Below, piece by piece: positions 57,214 to 64,000 of a stretch of DNA of 64,000 bases; within the stretch, counting starts at the first letter, position 1; each line of letters starts with the position of its first letter. The DNA is from Candidatus Bruticola sp. (GTDB lineage: Bacteria; Vulcanimicrobiota; Xenobia; Xenobiales; Xenobiaceae), in the NCBI GenBank assembly GCA_051874735.1, contig JBJEGD010000016.1, positions 33,809-97,808 of the forward strand, read 5' to 3'. A program made the translations under genes and the position numbers. A model generated the notes under the pieces. The model made no database searches. It was not told where the DNA came from and saw nothing but the letters and a program-made list of their open reading frames with translations.

Positions 57214-60200
57214 ATGTGTAAGAACTTTGCGTCTTTGTTTAATAAGCACTTACCAACTGAAAAAATAAAAAAAAACTTGACCTTAGCCGTGCTCCTAGTC
57301 TTATTAGCAAGTGTGTTGAGTGCCTGCAGCGCAGGTGGTGGTCTGATCGATAATTATCTTGCTCCTAGCCTGATTCTGCCTCAGGGCAAAGCGCACAAAC
57401 TAGAAGTTATTCACGGCGCGCCTTCAGGCGAGCTCAGCTTGCCTGAGCAGCTGGCCGTTTTTACTATCGTATTCAATCAGCCGATGGTTAATTTGGGTAC
57501 GCGACAAGTGGAAATCGAAGGATTAAAGGTTGAACCAGAGCTGCGCGGTGAATGGGCTTGGAGAGGAACGGCCTGCCTTACTTTTACGCCTAGTGAGCCT
57601 TTAAAAATTTCTCATAAATATAAGGTAACTATTCCTGCCGGTTTGACTGCTTTAACTGGCCAAAAACTAGCTAAGCCTTACACTTTGAATTTTATAACGC
57701 CTCGTCCGGCCGTAATTTATTCTTCTCATTGCAATGGCGGCATTAATGTTTCTGTCAAAAAGCCGATTCAGCTACTTTTTAACCAGCCTATAAAAAACGA
57801 GAAGGCTTTATCTAGCTTCAAGCTTAGCTCCGATTCGGGAACAACAGCCTGTAACGTTAAACTGGCTTCAGCAGATGAACTATTTGCCTTTGTGAAAGAC
57901 CTTAAGGAACTTTGCTGTGACAACAGCTTTATGAATATAAATGGGTTTAAGGTCGATCTTGATAAGCTTACTGCTAATCAAGTGGTGATTATTACTCCTA
58001 ATGAAAATCTCAAGTTAGGAACTAAGTACACCATTTTAGTTCCTGAAAACTTTAAAGCAGATGAATCAGCTCAGTTAGGTTCAGCAGCTGATTACAAAAT
58101 ATCTTTCACAACTAATAACATTTTCAGCTTAAAATCTGTAACTAGTTCGGGGAATAATCGTCCTGAGGAGGCTATTCACTTCTCTTTCACCAGCCCGGTG
58201 CACGTTTCCGATTTAGCTAAAAATCTTTCCTTTGAACCGAATTTATCTATTCCAAAATGTTATCTTGAGGATAATTATGTCAGTGATAATGTAAGTTTAG
58301 AATTACCGTTTGCTGCTCGAACCACTTATAAGGTAAAAATAAATCCTAATCTCAAAGATGATTTTGGTAGTCCTATTTCTAGCAGCGAGGAGATTACTTA
58401 CACTACAACTGATTTTGCTCCCTATTTACTTTTGAGCAGTGGGCAGGTAGTGGCCGACGCCAAAGCTCAAAACGGCACTATAGCTTTTTCTAGCATAAAC
58501 CTCGATTCTGTTTTAGTCGAAGGTAAAGTTCTATCTTTAGCCGATATAGCTGAAATGATGAAGAACTACTTCTTTACTGGAGGAGAAGACGAGTTCTCAT
58601 TTTCCAGCGGTTTTGATTTTTGCCGTGAAGTCAAACTCAATAATAAGCTAAACAGTTATACAGAGAACAATCTTGACTGTAAACAGTTCCTTGATAGTCA
58701 ATACGGCTTGTTATTTGTGCGCTTGACTTACCAAAATGCTGAAGGTTCTACAAGTCGCCGCAGTTTGTTCGTACAATTCACCGATCTTTGTTTGACCGCT
58801 AAGTTTTCAGCGTCTCAGAATTTAATTTGGGTAACTAGTTTGGATAGCGGCAAGCCTCTACCCAATGTCAATATCAATCTTTACGATCATAAGGCTGATT
58901 GTGTAGCCTCTGCCGTTACTGATGAAAATGGCGTAGCTAAACTTCCTGGATGGGCATCCCACAGCAAGGCTGAAAAGCGCGATATGCAGTTTATGGTTGC
59001 TTCTTTGGGAGAAGATCGAGCCTTTATAAATTCACGCGGATACGATTCTTTGTCGGCTGCTAAGAGCGGTATTTTCGTTTACGACTCTTCCGCTAGTGAA
59101 GAAATTTTGTCCAGTGTTATTACTGATAAAGGTATATACAAGGCTGGTGAAAATCTGAAATTTAAAATATTGGTGCGTTCCAATAAAAATTCGCGTTTGA
59201 GCGTCCCCAAGCAGATTAAAAATGTAGAGTACACTGTTACTGATAGTAACGGTAATGCTTTTGCCTCGGGCACTTTGCCTTTGAGCAGCGTAGGCAGTGC
59301 TGATGCTTCTGTTAGCATTCCAGAAGAAACTTCTTCCGGTTATGGTAGTATTCAGTTTAAACTTTCTAAATATGAGGCTGAGCGGCTCAATTTATATGAA
59401 GATATTGCGTGGAAGTCGTACCGCATTGAAGATTACCAGCCCGTGCAATCGGAAACTAAAGTCGTTTCCAGTCAAAAAATGCTGGTTGCCGGAGAAAAGT
59501 TGCAAGGCTATGTGGAAGGACGTTTCCTCTTCGGCGCTCCTATGAGCAATGACAAATTCCGTTACTCTTCAACTGCAGAAAAATTGATTTATACTAACGA
59601 TAAGTACCCCGAGTATACTTTTGGCAACGATTTTTACAGTCAAGATAATGAAGAAGGTAACTTGTCGTTAGCTTCTGGTAGCGGTACTTTGGACAGCAAC
59701 GGTCGCTCCAAGATTGAATTATCTACTGAAGGTATAAAATACGAATATCCTTCTAAGCTGACGGTTGACGCTTCAGTCGTTTCTTCTAGCGGTAAAGAGG
59801 TTTCTTGCTCCTATCAAGTTCCTGTTTGGCCTTTAGAAAATATTGTTGGTTTAAATACAGAGAATTTTTTAATTAAACAGAACAGCAGTTTTACCGGCAA
59901 ATTTGTAGTAGTCAATAAAGACGGACAAGTCGTTAAGGGAGTCCCGGTTAAATTTGAATTCATTTGCCGTCAGTGGGATTCTGTCTATAAAGCTGGCACT
60001 GGTGGAGCTTACAGTTGGGTAAGCGAGCCCAAAGATACTGCAGAGGGTACTGCAGTTGTTTACAGTAAAGCTGAGGCCACAGAATTTAGTTTTGTACCTA
60101 AAAGTTCTGGCTGCTATGTAGTGCGTGCTTATATCACTGGCAAGAACGGCAAGCGCAGTTCCTCTGAAATGAGTTTGTGGTGCGCTGGTTCTGATTATTC

Positions 60201-62967
60201 TGCCTGGGAGCGCAGCAACGACGATGAAATTTTATTAAATTGTAATAAAAAGGATTACAATATAGGTGAAACGGCTAAAATTCTCGTCCAGTCTCCTTTT
60301 GAAGAAGCTAATGCTCTGATTACGGTAGAGTCTGATACTGTTTTGGACAGCTGGGTCAGCAATTTAAAAGGCTCATCTCCAGTTATTGACGTTCCCATCA
60401 AAGATTTTTACGCACCCAATGTATATGTGTCAGTTTTGATGGTGAAAGGAAGAGAGGGTAAAGTCAGTCTCAGTAAAGATGGACTAGATTTAAGTAAGCC
60501 TACTTATAAGTTCGGTTATGCAGAACTAAAGGTAAAGAATCCCAAAAACAAACTTAAAGTTGAAGTTTCTGCCGATTTGCCCAAATATAAACCTGGTCAG
60601 AATGTTTCAATAGACGTCAAAATGACTGACAGCGAAGGTCGGCCAGCAGCTGGTGAAGTCTGCTTGTGGGTTGTTGATGAAGGCGTTCTCAACTTAATCG
60701 ATTATAAAATGCCAGATTATATCGACAGTTTCTATGGACCTCGTTGGCTAACTGTGAATACCTCAGAAAATTGTGCCGATGTTATTGGATTGCGTTCTTA
60801 CGGAGCCAAAGGAGATAATCAGGGAGGAGGCGGCGGCAGTTCCGATGACAGTGTGCGTGAAGATTTTACTCCCACAATTTTGTGGAAACCAGTAGTAAAA
60901 GTAGATAGCACCGGTCGAGCTTCCGTTCGTTTTAAAGCTCCTGATGGTTTGACCCGCTACCGTATTATGGCTGCCGCTTGCGATGCTGCTGAACGTTTCG
61001 GTCAAGGAGAAGCTTCCTTTGAAGTTAGCAAAAATTTGGTATTGCTTCCATCTATAATTCCTTATGCTCGCAGCGGCGATTCTTTCCAGATCGGTATTTT
61101 AGCTCGCAATAATACTGACAAAGCTGCTTCCGTCTCTATAGAAGCAGACAGTAAGAGCTTAAGTTTAGCCAATACTTCTGTAAAGGCTTCTCTTAAGCCG
61201 GGCGATGAAAAATTGATGCTGTTTGATGCTTCTGCTTCTGTTTGTGGAAAATTTCCTATAGTCTTTAAAGGGCGCATGGGATCTGATAGCGACATTTGCA
61301 AATACACCTTAGAAGTGATTGCTGATGAAAAGAGTAGTGTAGCTGCTGTTTCCGGAAGTTTTAATACTGCTGAAGCCGAAGAATCAATAAAAATATCTGG
61401 CGGAGCTAAGAGTGGCAGTGCTATTTTGGAGACGTCTATTTCCAACAATTTAGCTGTAATGCTAAATGGGGTTGTCTCCGATCTGTGGAAAGAAGACGAT
61501 ACTCAAGTTGATGAAAGTATAGATAAGCTTCTTATGCGTATGCAGTTGCTTATCGAGGCTGAAAAGTTAGGTTTGAAGCTGCCTAATTCTTTGACGTCGG
61601 CTGAGCAGCGCCGAATCGCTCTTAAAAACTATGTTGTCAAGTTGAGCAAATTTAGAGTCTACAGTGGTGGCTTCTCTTCTTGGAAGAATGGTAATGTTAG
61701 TAATACTGGCTATTCTGCGTGGGCTTTGTCAGTTCTCTCTAAATTGAATAAAGAAGGTTTGCTTAACGATAGCCAGGTTTCTATGTATAATGAAACTGTA
61801 GACTATGCCAAGCTAAAAGTCGGAGAGGATATTCTCCGCTTGAAAGATTTAAAGCATACAGATGCAAGTACCAATTTAGCTTATCTGTTCTCGGTACTTT
61901 GCCGTATAGGTCAGGGGCAGGATTCCACTCTGGTGGTTTTATACAGAGCCAGACAAAGTTTTTCTTTGCAGGGAAGGGCTTATATTCTTGCTGCTGCATC
62001 TGAGTTGCAAAATAAAGATATAATCAGTTCTCTTCGTCAGGAAATGAGCAATTTGCTCAAAGTTGAGGAACGCCAAGCCTGGTTTGAAGAGAATAGGGAG
62101 GCCAATTTAGCCTGTATATCTGTACGCGCTTCCGATAATGCTGCCGTGCTGACTGCTATGCTGCAAAGTGGCGGTTTTGAACTGGCCCCTAAAGTTTTCT
62201 CTTGGCTGTCGGCTAACAGAGTGATGGGCCATTGGGAAACGAGTCGCGCTGACTCTACGGTAACTGAAGCTTTTGCTGTTTATTCCAACGTCGCCAAGGT
62301 TTCTCATGACGATGTAAAAGTCAAGGTTCGTTCTGGTGGCAAGCAGCTCTTAGAAGGAACTCTCAAATTCCCCGATTCTAGCTGTTTGTTCGCTTCTAAT
62401 TCTGTAGCTTTAGTGGGTCAGAAAATGGCTGTCAATATGAGCCAGTCTGGTTCAAGCAGAATTTACTATGATATGCTTTTGCGTTACGTACCGGTTAAGC
62501 CGCTGCCGGCTTTAGACAACGGCTTCTATTTATTCCAAAGCTGTAGTCCTTTAAATGATCCTGAGCGACCCATTCCTTTCTCCGATTTAAAATTCGGTCA
62601 GGTCTACAGAATGAGCGTCAGTGTCATTTCTTCCGTAAACCGTGATCAGGTAGTAGTGAATGTGCCGATACCAGCTGGTTTAGAAGTGGTTAATACTGAT
62701 TTTGATACGGAAAGCAACATTTATGCCGATCTTCTCAATCGGATTAACGCTAATAAGTGCTACGGAACTTTCACTAATGCTGAATTCTACTCTGATCATG
62801 TCAAGATATGGGCTCAAGGGCTGCAGGCTGGAGAGCACACTTACAGTTTCTTAGTTAGAGCTGCTGCCTGTGGTAGTTATCGCGTGCCAGGGGCTGAAGT
62901 TTATCAGAAAGAGCGTCCTGAAGTTTTCGGAAGTACTGCGGAAACGAGGATAAAGATTGGCTTCTGA
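57214..62967 (+). CDS. Alpha-2-macroglobulin family lipoprotein
   Basis: Lipobox LSAC; Ig-like N-terminal domains; TDKGIYKAGE, VVDEGVL, REDF...W.P, PDGLTRYRI, PAGLE; followed by pbpC. Confidence 0.93.
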   Translation: MCKNFASLFNKHLPTEKIKKNLTLAVLLVLLASVLSACSAGGGLIDNYLAPSLILPQGKAHKLEVIHGAPSGELSLPEQLAVFTIVFNQPMVNLGTRQVEIEGLKVEPELRGEWAWRGTACLTFTPSEPLKISHKYKVTIPAGLTALTGQKLAKPYTLNFITPRPAVIYSSHCNGGINVSVKKPIQLLFNQPIKNEKALSSFKLSSDSGTTACNVKLASADELFAFVKDLKELCCDNSFMNINGFKVDLDKLTANQVVIITPNENLKLGTKYTILVPENFKADESAQLGSAADYKISFTTNNIFSLKSVTSSGNNRPEEAIHFSFTSPVHVSDLAKNLSFEPNLSIPKCYLEDNYVSDNVSLELPFAARTTYKVKINPNLKDDFGSPISSSEEITYTTTDFAPYLLLSSGQVVADAKAQNGTIAFSSINLDSVLVEGKVLSLADIAEMMKNYFFTGGEDEFSFSSGFDFCREVKLNNKLNSYTENNLDCKQFLDSQYGLLFVRLTYQNAEGSTSRRSLFVQFTDLCLTAKFSASQNLIWVTSLDSGKPLPNVNINLYDHKADCVASAVTDENGVAKLPGWASHSKAEKRDMQFMVASLGEDRAFINSRGYDSLSAAKSGIFVYDSSASEEILSSVITDKGIYKAGENLKFKILVRSNKNSRLSVPKQIKNVEYTVTDSNGNAFASGTLPLSSVGSADASVSIPEETSSGYGSIQFKLSKYEAERLNLYEDIAWKSYRIEDYQPVQSETKVVSSQKMLVAGEKLQGYVEGRFLFGAPMSNDKFRYSSTAEKLIYTNDKYPEYTFGNDFYSQDNEEGNLSLASGSGTLDSNGRSKIELSTEGIKYEYPSKLTVDASVVSSSGKEVSCSYQVPVWPLENIVGLNTENFLIKQNSSFTGKFVVVNKDGQVVKGVPVKFEFICRQWDSVYKAGTGGAYSWVSEPKDTAEGTAVVYSKAEATEFSFVPKSSGCYVVRAYITGKNGKRSSSEMSLWCAGSDYSAWERSNDDEILLNCNKKDYNIGETAKILVQSPFEEANALITVESDTVLDSWVSNLKGSSPVIDVPIKDFYAPNVYVSVLMVKGREGKVSLSKDGLDLSKPTYKFGYAELKVKNPKNKLKVEVSADLPKYKPGQNVSIDVKMTDSEGRPAAGEVCLWVVDEGVLNLIDYKMPDYIDSFYGPRWLTVNTSENCADVIGLRSYGAKGDNQGGGGGSSDDSVREDFTPTILWKPVVKVDSTGRASVRFKAPDGLTRYRIMAAACDAAERFGQGEASFEVSKNLVLLPSIIPYARSGDSFQIGILARNNTDKAASVSIEADSKSLSLANTSVKASLKPGDEKLMLFDASASVCGKFPIVFKGRMGSDSDICKYTLEVIADEKSSVAAVSGSFNTAEAEESIKISGGAKSGSAILETSISNNLAVMLNGVVSDLWKEDDTQVDESIDKLLMRMQLLIEAEKLGLKLPNSLTSAEQRRIALKNYVVKLSKFRVYSGGFSSWKNGNVSNTGYSAWALSVLSKLNKEGLLNDSQVSMYNETVDYAKLKVGEDILRLKDLKHTDASTNLAYLFSVLCRIGQGQDSTLVVLYRARQSFSLQGRAYILAAASELQNKDIISSLRQEMSNLLKVEERQAWFEENREANLACISVRASDNAAVLTAMLQSGGFELAPKVFSWLSANRVMGHWETSRADSTVTEAFAVYSNVAKVSHDDVKVKVRSGGKQLLEGTLKFPDSSCLFASNSVALVGQKMAVNMSQSGSSRIYYDMLLRYVPVKPLPALDNGFYLFQSCSPLNDPERPIPFSDLKFGQVYRMSVSVISSVNRDQVVVNVPIPAGLEVVNTDFDTESNIYADLLNRINANKCYGTFTNAEFYSDHVKIWAQGLQAGEHTYSFLVRAAACGSYRVPGAEVYQKERPEVFGSTAETRIKIGF

Positions 62968-62972
62968 GCAAA

Positions 62973-64000
62973 ATGAACAAAGTCAGTTCTAGCCAGATAG
63001 ATGTGGGGAATAAGTTCAAACTGCTGATGCGGATCGGTCTGTTTCTTGCGTTGATCAGTATCGGGCTGGGGGCGATTTGGTGGATAGCTGATCCCTGGCC
63101 TAAAGACTGTTCTTTGGCTGCTGGTAAAAACTCAACTCTTATCTACGATCGCAGCGGCCGCCTCCTTCGTGAAGTCTATTTATCCGGAGGAGGCAGCGGC
63201 CGCTGGGTCGCTTTGGAAAAAGTGCCTCAGTGGGTGCAGGAGGCTGTGCTTACAGCTGAGGATCGACGTTTTTATCATCATTGTGGAGTTGATCCTCTGG
63301 CTGTTGGGCGCAGTGCTTTTATAAATTTAAAAGCTGGCAGGGTAGTTATGGGAGGCTCCACTATAAGTGAACAGCTTACCCGGATGCTAATGCCGTCGCG
63401 TCCCCGCAATTTAAAAACAAAATTTATTGAGCTGTCATATTCTCTGCGCCTTTCGTTTCATTTCAGTAAGAAGCAAATATTGGAAGCTTATTTAAACAGA
63501 GCTTATTTCGGCGGCCAAGTTTATGGAATTGAAGCTGCCGCTCAACGTTATTTCGGCCGCTCTGTGCAAACTTTATCCCCGGCTCAGGGGGCCTTTTTAG
63601 CGGTCTTGCTGCGTGCTCCCAAAGAGCTGTCTGCCGATAGTGGTTTTGAAACTGCTATAAAGCTGCAGCGTCGTCTGCTTCAAGATATGAAGGAGTGCGG
63701 TGCACTAAGTGAGGTCGATCTTCGGTCCGCTTTAGCTGAAAAAATAGAATTATCTCCCTTTAGTGAGCGTTTTGCTGCTCCTCATTTTTGTGATTATATA
63801 GTAGCTCAGCTGCCTGAAGGGGAGCTGCGCCTGCTGACTCGTTTAGATACTTCTCTAGATTTAGAACTGCAGCAGTATGCTGAACGGGTTCTTAACTATC
63901 ATTTGGGCTGTTTAACTGCTAGTAATGTTAGCAATGGCAGCGTGATCGTTCTAGATGTTCCTAGCGGTGAAATTTTAGCTATGGTTGGCTCCAGGAATTA
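62973..64000 (+). CDS. pbpC: Penicillin-binding protein 1C (3'-truncated by the window)
   Basis: My translation from ATG 62973: TM, YDRSGRLLR, AEDRRFYHHCGVD, GGSTISEQL, KKQILEAYLN transglycosylase motifs; directly after macroglobulin. Confidence 0.9.
   Translation, partial: MNKVSSSQIDVGNKFKLLMRIGLFLALISIGLGAIWWIADPWPKDCSLAAGKNSTLIYDRSGRLLREVYLSGGGSGRWVALEKVPQWVQEAVLTAEDRRFYHHCGVDPLAVGRSAFINLKAGRVVMGGSTISEQLTRMLMPSRPRNLKTKFIELSYSLRLSFHFSKKQILEAYLNRAYFGGQVYGIEAAAQRYFGRSVQTLSPAQGAFLAVLLRAPKELSADSGFETAIKLQRRLLQDMKECGALSEVDLRSALAEKIELSPFSERFAAPHFCDYIVAQLPEGELRLLTRLDTSLDLELQQYAERVLNYHLGCLTASNVSNGSVIVLDVPSGEILAMVGSRN

Overview
64 kb of gene-dense bacterial chromosome, mostly core and envelope genes. 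I saw no rRNA, tRNA, CRISPR array, transposase or phage gene. Left part: the end of an (AEEEARLK)n repeat protein, a YbjN/CesT-like protein, ansB, cysE, a 5'-nucleotidase, a Cof hydrolase, fabH-mazG, a co-oriented citD-E-F-X-C-G citrate lyase cluster followed by aconitase and icd, glgP, two zinc-ribbon proteins, trpS, a stand-alone RlmK-like methyltransferase and a degenerate REC-PAS-GGDEF-EAL protein. Right part: a PmtA-like methyltransferase, a large TPR protein, an aquaporin, an orphan DNA methyltransferase, a GltP-family symporter, an SGNH-like protein, YoaK, dedA-ftsE-ftsX-envC followed by three tandem S41 (CtpA) proteases and uvrC, a DUF58/transglutaminase/MoxR/TPR cluster, and alpha-2-macroglobulin with a partial pbpC. 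The gene content suggests an anaerobic, possibly gut-associated bacterium from a poorly studied lineage; Eremiobacterota is my impression only and is unverified. Best leads: (1) a 5'-nucleotidase with no Sec signal but an FlgM-like N-terminal leader and a sigma28-like promoter, suggesting flagellar/type III export; (2) an unassigned GC-rich structured RNA candidate at about 26172-26291 with its own promoter; (3) a pseudoknot-capable leader upstream of glgP; (4) the triple CtpA array behind ftsEX-envC. All family assignments come from motifs read by eye; no searches were run.
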